Shown here: positions 51,701 through 60,460 of the stretch, one piece after another
Layout: every line of letters begins with the position of its first letter
Numbering within the stretch: the stretch's first letter is position 1
Program-made: the position numbers and the translations under genes
Assembly (NCBI GenBank): GCA_019244185.1
Contig: JAFATB010000023.1
Coordinates: 384,001-448,000, forward strand
DNA length: 64,000 bases
Origin: Acidobacteriota bacterium
GTDB lineage: Bacteria > Acidobacteriota > Thermoanaerobaculia > Gp7-AA8
Reading direction: 5' to 3'
The notes under the pieces: model-generated
Seen by the model: only the letters and a program-made list of their open reading frames with translations
Database searches by the model: none
Told to the model about the DNA's origin: nothing

Positions 51701-54540
51701 ATGGGCAGGGACGCTCGACCACGACGCGCGTCTGGTTCTACGCGGTGGGCGAGGGTTACACCGCGTGGGAACGCTACGATCACATGCGCATCGATCTCGT
51801 TCCCGAGAAGACGACGTACAAGCCGGGCGACACCGCGCGCATCATGATCAAGTCGCCGTGGGAGCACGCCACGGCGCTGCTCACCACCGAGCGCGAAGGC
51901 GTGCGCACGTGGAAGCCGTTCGAGCTGACCTCGACGCAGCAGACCATCACCATTCCCATCACCGAGAAAGACATCCCGAACGTGTTCGTCTCCGTGCTGC
52001 TCGTCAAAGGCCGCACGAAGAAGGATCCGGGTAAGGACGGCAGCGATCCCGGCAAGCCCGCGCTGCGCCTCGGCTACGTCGAGCTCGCGGTCCAGGACTC
52101 CGCGAAGCGTTTGCAGGTCGACGTGCACGCGAACCGCGACGAGTTCCGCCCGGCGACGAAGGCGAAGATCGACGTCACGGTGAAAGACCGCGCGGGACAG
52201 CCGTCGCCGTCCGAGGTCACGCTGTGGGCGGTCGACTACGGCGTGCTCTCGCTGACCGGCTACGAGACGCCCGACGTGTTGAAGCACATCTATCTGCAGA
52301 AGGCGTTGCAGGTCGCGAACGAAGACTCGCGCGAGAACATCGTCAGCCGCCGCGTGATCACGCCGAAGGGCGCGGATGAGGGCGGCGGCGGGGGACGCGA
52401 CGCGGGACCGGGTACGCTGCGCAAGGACTTCCGCGTGCTCGCGTTCTGGCTCGGCTCACTGACCACCGACGCGAAAGGCCGCGCGCATACCGAGGTCACG
52501 CTGCCGGAGTCGCTGACGACGTATCGCATCATGGCCGTGGCGGGCGACCGGCAGTCGCGCTTCGGCTGGGCGCAGAACGAGCTGCGCATCAACAAGCCGC
52601 TGATGCTCACGCCGGCGCTGCCGCGCTTCCTCGCGGTCGGCGACCACGCGTCGTTCGGCGGCGTCGTGCACAACCAGCTCAAGCAGGGCGGCAAGGCGAC
52701 CGTGTCGATCGAGTCTCTCGATCCGAGCGTGCTCGAGATCAAAGGCTCGCAGACCGTCGACGCGAAGCCGAACGCGCCTCTCGAAGTGCGCTTCGACGGC
52801 GTCGCGAAGGCGATCGGCGATGCGCGCATCCGCATGCGCGTCCAGATGGGCCGCGAGAACGACGCGTTCGAGGAAGTGCTCCCCGTCCGCGCGATCGTGA
52901 CGCCGGAGACGTTCGCCGCGTACGGCGAGGCGAGCCCGCACGCGGAAGAGAAGCTCGAGATTCCGAAGGACGTCGTGCCGAACTTCGGCGGGCTGCGCAT
53001 CGATCTCGCGTCGACGCAGCTCGTCGGCCTCGGCGAAGGCGCGCAGTACCTCATCGAATATCCGTACGGCTGCGCGGAGCAGCGCTCCTCGCGCGCGCTC
53101 GCGCTCATGCTCGCCGGCGATCTCGGCGCGACGTTCAACCTCGGCGGCATCGACGCGCCGAAGGCGAAGTCGACGGCGCAGGAGACCATCGCGGACCTCG
53201 GCCGCTTCCAGTGCGGCGACGGCGGGTTCGCGTTCTGGGCCGGCGACTGCTCGATGAGCTCTCCGTATCTCACGAGCTACGTGCTGCACGTGCTGCAGCG
53301 CGGGCAGAAGCTCGGCTACAAGGTCGACGCCGACATGCTCACGCGCGCGTACACGTACCTCGACGGCAAGCTCGGCGAGCCGAAGCCGGAGAACGAGGGC
53401 TACGTGCCCGCGTACACCGCGTGGCAGTCGTTCGCGACGAAGGTGCTGGCCGAGGGCGGGCGCAACGTCGACTCGCACGTCAACCGCTTGTACGCGTATC
53501 GCGAGCGCATGCCGCTGTTCGGCATCGCGTACCTGCTCGACGCGCTGCAGGCAAAGAAGGAAGGAGGCGAACGCGCCGCGGATTTACATCGGCGCCTCAC
53601 GAACGCCATTCTTCCGGAGGGCGGCACCGCGCACGTCGCCGAGCTCGCCGATCCGTACCTGATGTGGTTCTGGAATTCGAACGTGCGCTCCACCGCGATC
53701 GTCCTCGGCACGCTGACGCGCGGCGGGCAGGACGAAGAGCTCGTGAAGCGGATGGTGCGCTGGATGATGCAGGTCCGCGAGGACGGCCGCTGGGGCAACA
53801 CCCAGGAAAACGCGTGGGCGATGGAAGCGCTCGTCGACTACTACCGCAAGTACGAATCGGAAACGCCCGACTTCCTCGCCAAGGTCGCGCTGGGCGGCGA
53901 GACGCTCGCGAACGAAACATTCAAGGGCCGCTCGGCCGACGCGCGCACGAAAGGCTGGTCGATGGCGGACGTGCTCAAGCGTCCCGGAGGCACAGTGACG
54001 TTCGACAAGCAGGGCGCGGGCACGCTCTTCTACATGATGCGTCTGCGCTACGCGCCGAACGCGCTGCATCTCGACGCGATGGACCAGGGCTTCCGCGTCG
54101 AGCGCTCGTATCGCGTGCAGGGCGCCGACGCGTCGGCGACGACGTTCAAAGCCGGCGATCTCATCGAGGTCACGCTGCATCTGCGCAACACGAAGGAGCG
54201 CCGCTTCGTCGCGGTGACGGATCCGATCCCCGCCGGCACGGAGCCGGTGGAGACGTGGTTCGCGACGACGGCGTCGGCGCTCGTCGAGGCGCAGCAGAAC
54301 AACGAGGCCACGAGCTGGTGGATGTGGTGGGAGCGCGGCGGCTGGGATCACGTCGAGCGTCACGACGATCGCGTGAATCTCTTCGCCACGCGCCTGGGCG
54401 AAGGCGACTCGTTCTTCACGTACCTCGTGCGCGCGACGACGGCGGGGACGTTCGTCACCGCGCCGGCGCACGCCGAGGAGATGTACGAGCCGGAAGTGTT
54501 CGGCCGCACCGCGACGATGACGATCGAGGTGAAGAAGTGA
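48778..54540 (+). CDS. Bacterial alpha-2-macroglobulin
   Basis: 1920 aa; signal peptide, Ig-like N-terminus, DRGVYKLGE, AVDYGVLSLT, LPESLTTYR, thioester YPYGCAEQ, WGNTQEN, EEMYEPE. Confidence 0.95.
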   Translation: MKKAVAALLFVLAAPSLLAANLRIVSAGPVGKIASLAEANEIRVVFSEPMVAVGRIPQPVTAPFFRIAPAVAGAFRWSGTTTLIFTPDKPLPYATEFAVSVDASAKSVAGHTLDQPYRWTFTTPTIQLIATDWYRKSNGAVVIGLRFNQPVDASAVTPHVHLTTATRAFTLDPLPEAGAARLKKLEPQALQAFEAKRAKAQANANSNGQTVFSFLATEWKKERFAPGKDLVVLETKPGIPPDTAILVTLDAELAASPRHVRSGSAQTYTVELEPTFFVSSITCVEECDPESRNSIEFRIGSGVRFDEVRKAVTLTDITDPTHEVAVKPKKVTTEYDYPNNAYSLDELGFSVTPGHRYAVRVDPSLTAEDGQKLGYAWMAVVDYWHASAFVSFGAGNGVWESDGGSILPFSARNFRSVKQWLAPLKVEQLLPIMQQMRTSGFNTPPPDTKPTTRTLNLPPDRIAAVGFDLKPAIGADNRGIAWAAIEPGEELPKSKVYAKNVVATLVQSTNLGISVKDSPLNTLIMVTRLDDAKPVEGAKVTIRDRNNKVFWTGTTDANGIAVALNTDLRRKKKEDKKPEEMDYDESWSALSELHFLVSAEKDGDVAYIGSDWNDGIGPWDFGVRFDLHEAEPQLRGTVFADRGVYKLGEEVHLKAIARADTPNGMQLLAAGTQLHIEIRDSHNMNVFEKTVAVNAWSSAELTFKVPQEAPLGTYSIIAATTSQTGTIDGDFLVAAYRRPDFRVDTTLDGNSTVAGTKLTGVVTGRYLFGAPMSGKPVSWTYSRTRMTDIPEKIADRWPEERYAFLGRDESDESGDIVSIAQKEEALDAKGQLTLKLDTDRTLGEPWQYALEGVVTDVTRQEIAGRASFRVDPAPWYIGVHRPPYFAEAQQGIDTDIVAAGLDGLAVDGVNVKVELKRIQWVSARQAEGDGFYDWQSERKEVDAGHWNVTTKTEPVPLHIPISEGGEYQLIARAEDGQGRSTTTRVWFYAVGEGYTAWERYDHMRIDLVPEKTTYKPGDTARIMIKSPWEHATALLTTEREGVRTWKPFELTSTQQTITIPITEKDIPNVFVSVLLVKGRTKKDPGKDGSDPGKPALRLGYVELAVQDSAKRLQVDVHANRDEFRPATKAKIDVTVKDRAGQPSPSEVTLWAVDYGVLSLTGYETPDVLKHIYLQKALQVANEDSRENIVSRRVITPKGADEGGGGGRDAGPGTLRKDFRVLAFWLGSLTTDAKGRAHTEVTLPESLTTYRIMAVAGDRQSRFGWAQNELRINKPLMLTPALPRFLAVGDHASFGGVVHNQLKQGGKATVSIESLDPSVLEIKGSQTVDAKPNAPLEVRFDGVAKAIGDARIRMRVQMGRENDAFEEVLPVRAIVTPETFAAYGEASPHAEEKLEIPKDVVPNFGGLRIDLASTQLVGLGEGAQYLIEYPYGCAEQRSSRALALMLAGDLGATFNLGGIDAPKAKSTAQETIADLGRFQCGDGGFAFWAGDCSMSSPYLTSYVLHVLQRGQKLGYKVDADMLTRAYTYLDGKLGEPKPENEGYVPAYTAWQSFATKVLAEGGRNVDSHVNRLYAYRERMPLFGIAYLLDALQAKKEGGERAADLHRRLTNAILPEGGTAHVAELADPYLMWFWNSNVRSTAIVLGTLTRGGQDEELVKRMVRWMMQVREDGRWGNTQENAWAMEALVDYYRKYESETPDFLAKVALGGETLANETFKGRSADARTKGWSMADVLKRPGGTVTFDKQGAGTLFYMMRLRYAPNALHLDAMDQGFRVERSYRVQGADASATTFKAGDLIEVTLHLRNTKERRFVAVTDPIPAGTEPVETWFATTASALVEAQQNNEATSWWMWWERGGWDHVERHDDRVNLFATRLGEGDSFFTYLVRATTAGTFVTAPAHAEEMYEPEVFGRTATMTIEVKK

Positions 54541-56717
54541 AATGGAAGTGGCTCGGCGGCGCGGGCGCGGCGGTGGTCGCGCTCGCGCTGTACGTGCGCC
54601 TCGGGCCGCTCGCGCCGATCGACGCGAATCAGTTCGAGTCGCTGACGGTCGTCGACCGCCACGGCGAGGTGTTGTACGAGCCGCTCGCGTCGACGGGCAA
54701 CCGCGCGCTGTGGCTGAAGGCGGACGAACTGCCGCAGCCGGTGATCGATGCGACGCTGGCAGCCGAGGATCGCAGATTTTTCTCGCACGTCGGCGTCGAT
54801 CCGCTGGCGATCGCGCGCGCGGTCGTGCACGACGTGCGCGCGTTGCGCGTCGTCGAAGGCGGCTCCACGATCTCGCAGCAGGCGGCGAAGCTGCTGCTCG
54901 GCTCACGCGAACGGACATTGACGCAGAAGCTGCGCGAGAGCGTCGTCGCGCTGCGCCTCGAACATCGTTACTCGAAGCGCGAGATCCTCGCGCTGTACCT
55001 GAACCTCGCGCCGTACGGCAATCGCATCAACGGCATCGCGCGCGCGAGCCGCGCGTACTTTGGTTGTCCGCCGCAAAACCTCACGCCCGCGCAGGCCGCG
55101 TTTCTGGCCGCGCTGCCGCAGCGTCCGGACGCGTTCAATCCGCTCCGGAACCCGCGCGCCGCGCGCACGCGGCAGCTGGCGGTGCTCGCGCGGATGCCGC
55201 TGTCGCGCGACGACCTCGCACACGCCCGCGACGAACGGCTGCGCTTCGCGACGAGCGCGCAGCCGGCCGTCGCGATGCATTACGTCGAGCACGTGCTCGC
55301 GCACGCGCCGTCGCGCGGACGCATCACGACGTCGCTCGACGCCGGCCTGCAGCGCGACGTCCTCGGCATCATCGCCGCCCATCGCGACGATCTCGTGCGC
55401 CACGGCGCGCGCAGCGTGGCGGTGGTCGTGTTCGACAACCGCAGCGGGCAGTGGCTGGCGTGGGAAGGCTCCGGCGACTATTTCGGTAGTAGCTTCGGCG
55501 GCGCCATCGACGGCGTGACCACGCCGCGCCAGCCGGGATCGACGCTCAAGCCGTTCACGTACGCGCTGGCGTTCGAGAGCGGCGAGTCGCCCGCAACCGT
55601 GCTCGCGGACGTGCCGTCGCATTTCCCGACCGCGGAAGAAGGCATCGTCTACACGCCGCGCAATTACGACGGCCGCTATCGCGGACCGCTGCGCGTGCGC
55701 GCCGCGCTGGCCGGCTCCGAGAACATCCCCGCCGTGGCGATGCTGGCGAAGCTCGGCCCCGAGTCGCTGCTGCGCCTCTTGCGCAACGCCGGCTTCACGA
55801 CGTTCGACCGCACCGCCGACTACTACGGCCTCGGCCTCACGCTCGGCGACGCGGAAGTCACGCTCGAACAACTCGTGCGCGCGTACTCGGTCTTCGCGCG
55901 CGACGGCGTGGCCGCGAACGGACGGCGTGTCGTCGCGCCGCGCACGGCGTTCTGGATCACCGACATCCTCTCCGACCCCGACGCGCGCGCCTACGCGTTC
56001 GGCACCGGCGGCAGTCTCGATTTCCCGTTCCCGGTCGCGGTGAAGACGGGGACGTCGCAGGCGTATCGCGACAACTGGACGGTCGGCTACACGCGCGACG
56101 TCACGGTCGGCGTCTGGGTCGGCAACTTCGACCGCACGCAGCTGCGCGGATCGAGCGGCATCACCGGCGCCGCGCCGATCTTTCACGGGGTGATGCTCGC
56201 GGCGATGCAGCGCGCGCGCGGACGGCTGCCGATCGGCGACACGACGCCCGTCGTCGCGCCGCCGGCGAACGTGACGTCGGTCGAGATCTGCGCGCTCAGC
56301 GGCCTGCGTCCGTCGCCGTACTGTCCGGCGGTTCGCAAGGAATGGCTGCCGTCCGAACAGCCCGCGCGCTTCTGCGCGTGGCATCACGCGGACGGAGCGA
56401 TCGACTGGCCGGGCGAGTACCGCGCGTGGAACCGTGCGGCGCAGCCGGCGCTCGCCGCGCGCGGCGAAACCGTGCATCGCGCCGAGACGCTGCGCATCGC
56501 GAACCCGCCCGACGGCGCGACGTATCTCATCGACCCGACGCTGCGCGCGCCGTTTCAGTCGCTGCGCCTCCGCGCGATCGCGACCTCGCGCGTCGCGTGG
56601 CAGGTCGACGGACGCCGTGTCGCGTCGACGGAATGGCCGCTCGTCCCCGGACGCCACGAGATCACCGCCGTCGACGCCGAAGGGCGGAGCGATCGCGTGC
56701 GCATCTTCGTGAAGTGA
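54537..56717 (+). CDS. pbpC: Penicillin-binding protein 1C
   Basis: AEDRRFFSH.GVD, GGSTISQQ, RQPGSTLKPF, SEN, KTGTS, C-terminal beta domain; GTGA overlap with alpha-2-macroglobulin. Confidence 0.92.
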   Translation: MKWKWLGGAGAAVVALALYVRLGPLAPIDANQFESLTVVDRHGEVLYEPLASTGNRALWLKADELPQPVIDATLAAEDRRFFSHVGVDPLAIARAVVHDVRALRVVEGGSTISQQAAKLLLGSRERTLTQKLRESVVALRLEHRYSKREILALYLNLAPYGNRINGIARASRAYFGCPPQNLTPAQAAFLAALPQRPDAFNPLRNPRAARTRQLAVLARMPLSRDDLAHARDERLRFATSAQPAVAMHYVEHVLAHAPSRGRITTSLDAGLQRDVLGIIAAHRDDLVRHGARSVAVVVFDNRSGQWLAWEGSGDYFGSSFGGAIDGVTTPRQPGSTLKPFTYALAFESGESPATVLADVPSHFPTAEEGIVYTPRNYDGRYRGPLRVRAALAGSENIPAVAMLAKLGPESLLRLLRNAGFTTFDRTADYYGLGLTLGDAEVTLEQLVRAYSVFARDGVAANGRRVVAPRTAFWITDILSDPDARAYAFGTGGSLDFPFPVAVKTGTSQAYRDNWTVGYTRDVTVGVWVGNFDRTQLRGSSGITGAAPIFHGVMLAAMQRARGRLPIGDTTPVVAPPANVTSVEICALSGLRPSPYCPAVRKEWLPSEQPARFCAWHHADGAIDWPGEYRAWNRAAQPALAARGETVHRAETLRIANPPDGATYLIDPTLRAPFQSLRLRAIATSRVAWQVDGRRVASTEWPLVPGRHEITAVDAEGRSDRVRIFVK

Positions 56718-56721
56718 CGCG

Positions 56722-57120
56722 ATGCGGACGTTCGCGTATCTCTGCGCGCTCGTGCTCCTCGCGCCGCAGCTCGCGTTCGACGCCGCGTTCCTCTCGCTCG
56801 ATCGCGTGACCTCCGGCCACACGCTCGGCGCGCTGCTCAGCAATGCGCTCGACTTCGTGAGCCTGCTCTTCGGCTGGGGCGGCGTGGTCGCGCTCGCGGC
56901 GATCGTCGGCGCGATCGTTGCGGCGTTCCATCGCCACTCGCGCGGCGTGGCCGCGATCGTGGTGGCGCTCGCCGGCGTCGGCACGGCCGTCGACTTGCTG
57001 CGCCGCATCGGCGTCCCCGCGAGCATCGACGTCGTGCTGTTCTTCGTGCCGGGAGCGCTCGGCATTGCATTGTGCGTATGGGTCGCGTGGCGCGAGCTTG
57101 CGCCCGCGCGCGCGGCGTGA
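56722..57120 (+). CDS. Hypothetical integral membrane protein (about 4 TM)
   Basis: Highly hydrophobic 132 aa, 4 nt after the pbpC stop. Confidence 0.65.
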   Translation: MRTFAYLCALVLLAPQLAFDAAFLSLDRVTSGHTLGALLSNALDFVSLLFGWGGVVALAAIVGAIVAAFHRHSRGVAAIVVALAGVGTAVDLLRRIGVPASIDVVLFFVPGALGIALCVWVAWRELAPARAA

Positions 57121-57172
57121 TGCGTCGTGTCACGAATTCCGCCGCGACGCTACTTCGTTGGCGGAGGCAACG

Positions 57173-58241
57173 ATGACCAGCGACACGATGGAATCGGATG
57201 TACTGCTCGCGCGCGGCGGAGACGACGCGGCCTTTCGCAGACTCGTCGATCGATGCAGCCGCATGGTGTGCTCGATCGCCTTCGCGATCGTGCGCAACGT
57301 GCACGCGAGCGAGGACGTCGCGCAGGAGGTCTTTCTCGCCGCGTGGGAAAACCTCGGCAAGCTGCGCAATCCGGCGAGCTTTCTGCCGTGGCTGCGGCAG
57401 GTCACGCGCAATCAGGCGCATGTCTGGCGGCGCGAACACGCGCGCGAGTTCACGGACGACGCGGCGCTCCTCGCCGCCGTCGACGCGCGGCCGTCGCCCG
57501 CGGACGACGCGATCGCGGCGGAAGAACAGCGTCTTGCGCGAAGTGCTCGACGGCATTCCAGACGACGCGCGTGAAGTGATCGTGCTGTATTACCGCGAGT
57601 CGCGGTCGACGCGGCAGGTCGCGGCGCTCCTCGGCATCAGCGAGGCGGCCGCGCGCCAGCGGCTCTCGCGCAGCCGCGCGCTGATCCGCGAGGAAGTACT
57701 GGAACGCTTCGGCAGCGCCGCCGCCGCGACCGCGCCCGGAGCGGCGTTCACGCAGGCGATCGCGCTGCTCGTGCCCGCGGCGCCCGCGCTCTCAGCGGGC
57801 ATCGCCGCGAAAGGCGCGGCGTCCGCGTCGACGCTCGCGAAAGCGACGGCCATCGGCGCGGTGTTCGGCTGGATCGGCGTGCTGCTCGGCATGCGCGCGC
57901 TCGAGCCGGCGCTCGACGAGCGCGAAGCGCGCCAGCTCCGGCGCTTTCGCAACGTCGTGCTCGTCGTCGTGACGCTCGGCTGTGCGGCGGTGGCGATGAG
58001 CGTCTCGTCCGCGGTGCGTCTGCTGATCGCGCTGCAGTCGTTGTACGTCATCGTCGCGGCGCTGTACGTCATCTGGCTGCCGCGCATTCTGCGGCGGCGG
58101 TTCGAGTCGCTGCACGCGGTCGATCCGGTGAATGCGCGCGCGCAGCGGCGTCGCTGGCTGCGGTCGATGATCGTGCCCGCGGTCGGCGCCGCGATCGCCG
58201 GCGTCCTGTTGATGGCGGTGGTGCTGATGTTGCGCGGCTGA
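57173..58241 (+). pseudogene. ECF sigma factor with C-terminal transmembrane extension, frameshifted near 57530; may be an assembly error
   Basis: GGAGG RBS; sigma2 (SEDVAQEVFLAAW...FLPWLRQVTRN) in one frame; sigma4 (REVIVLYYRE...VAALLGISEAAARQRLSR) plus 4 TM in the next frame. Confidence 0.82.
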
Positions 58242-58243
58242 CG

Positions 58244-58618
58244 TTACTCCGACCGATCCTCGCCGAAGTAGATCGTGTGGCCCTGATCGTCGAGGATCAC
58301 GAACTCGCGCGTGGCCCAGGCGGTGTCGTGCACGTCCTCGACGAGCGCGACGCCGTTCTGCTTCACGAATGCGGCGGCGGCGGTGGCGTCGTCGGTTTGC
58401 AGGTAGAGGTGGAAGTGGTCGCCGTGGCTGACCCAGTCGATCGACGGGTCCTTCTCGTCGACGCGCTTGAGGTGGAAGATCTGATTGCCCGCGCGGATGC
58501 CGGCGTAGAAGTCCTCGTACTGAAAGACGAGCTCGAGTCCGAGCTTCTGCGTGTAGAAGCGGATCGACTCGCCCAGATTGCGCGTGCGGAGCTGCGGAAT
58601 GACGCCGGTGATCTTCAC
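58244..58618 (-). CDS. VOC/glyoxalase family protein
   Basis: SIRFYTQKLG, DTAWATREFVILDDQGHTIYF; GTGA overlap with the ClC stop. Confidence 0.88.
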   Translation of the reverse strand: MKITGVIPQLRTRNLGESIRFYTQKLGLELVFQYEDFYAGIRAGNQIFHLKRVDEKDPSIDWVSHGDHFHLYLQTDDATAAAAFVKQNGVALVEDVHDTAWATREFVILDDQGHTIYFGEDRSE

Positions 58619-60426
58619 GACTCCGCCTGCGCCAGCCGGCGTTCGTGCGCGCGCAGCAGATCGCTGCGCGTGAGGATGCCGACGACCTGGCGCGGGTTGC
58701 CGCGCGCGACGACGGGGAGGCGACCGACTTTCTCGCGCACCATCGCGTCGGCCGCGTCGCGGAGCGAGCTGTCGAGATAGATCACGACCGGCGGGCGCGT
58801 GACCGCTTGACGCGCTTTGAGCGTCGACGGTTTCGTCAGATCGAAGACGTCGCGCCGCGTGATGACGCCGATCAGAACGCCGTTCCCGTCGACGACGGGG
58901 AAGCCTTGATGCGAGACGTCGTTCGTGCGGAGCGTCCCGAGCTCGTCGTCCGCGTTCACGGTCACGACCTTCGTCGTGCACGCGTCGGCGACGTTGATCA
59001 GCGAGAGGAAGTCGGCCGCGTATTCGGTCGGCACGCGCACGCCGCGGCGCGCGAGCTTCTCGGTCATGATCGTGTTGCGCATCAGCAGCGACGACACGAG
59101 GTAGCCGGCCGTGCAGCCGCCGAGGAGCGGCAGGAGGCCGAGCGGCTGCAGCGTCGTCTCGAACGCGAAGAGCACCGACGCGAGCAGCGCGCGCGACGCC
59201 CCCGCGAACATCGCCGCCATGCCGACCAGCGCGCAGATGCGGACGTCGATGTGCGCCCGCGGCAGCGTCGACGCCGCGAGCTCGCCGAGGACGATGCCGG
59301 CGCCGCCGCCGATCGTCAGCAACGGCGCGAGCGTGCCGCCCGACGTGCCGCTGCCGAGCGAGATCGACCACGAGATGAACTTCATCAGACACAACACGAG
59401 CGCCGCGGTGCCGAGGAGACGTCCGCTGACGAGGTCTTCGATGTTCGTGTAGCCGACGCCGAGCGTGCGCGGCGCGTACAGACCGACGAGGCCGACCGCG
59501 ATGCCGCCGATGGCGGGCCACCACATCCAGTGCACCGGCAGGTGCTCGAAGAGGTCTTCGATCCAGTAGACGACGCGCGTGACGTAGACCGACAGCGTCC
59601 CGATGATCGCGCCGAGGACGACGTAGCTCGCCAGCGCGGCCTCGCTCGGCTGCTGGATCGGTGGCATCGCGAACGCCGGCACGTAGCCGACGAAGGCGAT
59701 GCGCACCGCCGCCGCGGTGACGGCGGCGAGCGACACGGCCACGATCGAACGCGGGCGCAGTTCGAACAGCAGCAACTCGATGGCGAGCAGCACCGCGGAA
59801 ACCGGACTGCCGAAGATCGCGGCCATGCCCGCGGCCGCGCCGGCGGCGAGCAGCGTCTTGCGCTCGAGAGCGCTCGTCTCGACGAACTGCCCGAGGACGG
59901 AGCCCATCGCGCCGCCGGTGGCGATGATCGGACCTTCCGCGCCGAACGGACCGCCGGTGCCGATCGACACCGCCGCCGACAACGGCTTGAGGAACGTCAC
60001 GCGCACCGGGATGCGGCTCTCGTTGAGCAGCACCTGCTCCATCGCCTCGGGGATTCCATGTCCGCGAATCGCGCGCGAGCCGTAGCGCGCCATGAGGCCG
60101 ACGATGACGCCGCCGACGATCGGCACGAACAGCGCGAGCCAGCCGAGGTGATTGCCCGCGGGCGAGGCGGGCTGCACGGAGAAGCGGCCGTAGTACGCGA
60201 GGTTCGTCACGAAATGAATGATCGTGACGAGCAGCTGCGCGACGACACCGGTCACGAGCGCGAGGCCGATGCACATCGCGCTGATGAAGACCGAGCGGCG
60301 GTCGAGCAGCGTGACCTCGGCCGGCGTTTGCGTGCGTTCCATCAGCGCACCCATGGAGGGAGCGATGGGAACGCCTTCAGTTGTGGCTGCGTTTTCGAGA
60401 GCTTCGGGTGGTGCGGCAGGATCCAT
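58615..60426 (-). CDS. ClC chloride channel/transporter with C-terminal CBS pair
   Basis: GHGIPE, GAEGP (gating Glu), GTSGGTLAP, FAFETT, two CBS domains. Confidence 0.93.
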   Translation of the reverse strand: MDPAAPPEALENAATTEGVPIAPSMGALMERTQTPAEVTLLDRRSVFISAMCIGLALVTGVVAQLLVTIIHFVTNLAYYGRFSVQPASPAGNHLGWLALFVPIVGGVIVGLMARYGSRAIRGHGIPEAMEQVLLNESRIPVRVTFLKPLSAAVSIGTGGPFGAEGPIIATGGAMGSVLGQFVETSALERKTLLAAGAAAGMAAIFGSPVSAVLLAIELLLFELRPRSIVAVSLAAVTAAAVRIAFVGYVPAFAMPPIQQPSEAALASYVVLGAIIGTLSVYVTRVVYWIEDLFEHLPVHWMWWPAIGGIAVGLVGLYAPRTLGVGYTNIEDLVSGRLLGTAALVLCLMKFISWSISLGSGTSGGTLAPLLTIGGGAGIVLGELAASTLPRAHIDVRICALVGMAAMFAGASRALLASVLFAFETTLQPLGLLPLLGGCTAGYLVSSLLMRNTIMTEKLARRGVRVPTEYAADFLSLINVADACTTKVVTVNADDELGTLRTNDVSHQGFPVVDGNGVLIGVITRRDVFDLTKPSTLKARQAVTRPPVVIYLDSSLRDAADAMVREKVGRLPVVARGNPRQVVGILTRSDLLRAHERRLAQAES

Positions 60427-60460
60427 CACCGCGAATATATCGTGATAGTTTCAGTCGCCA

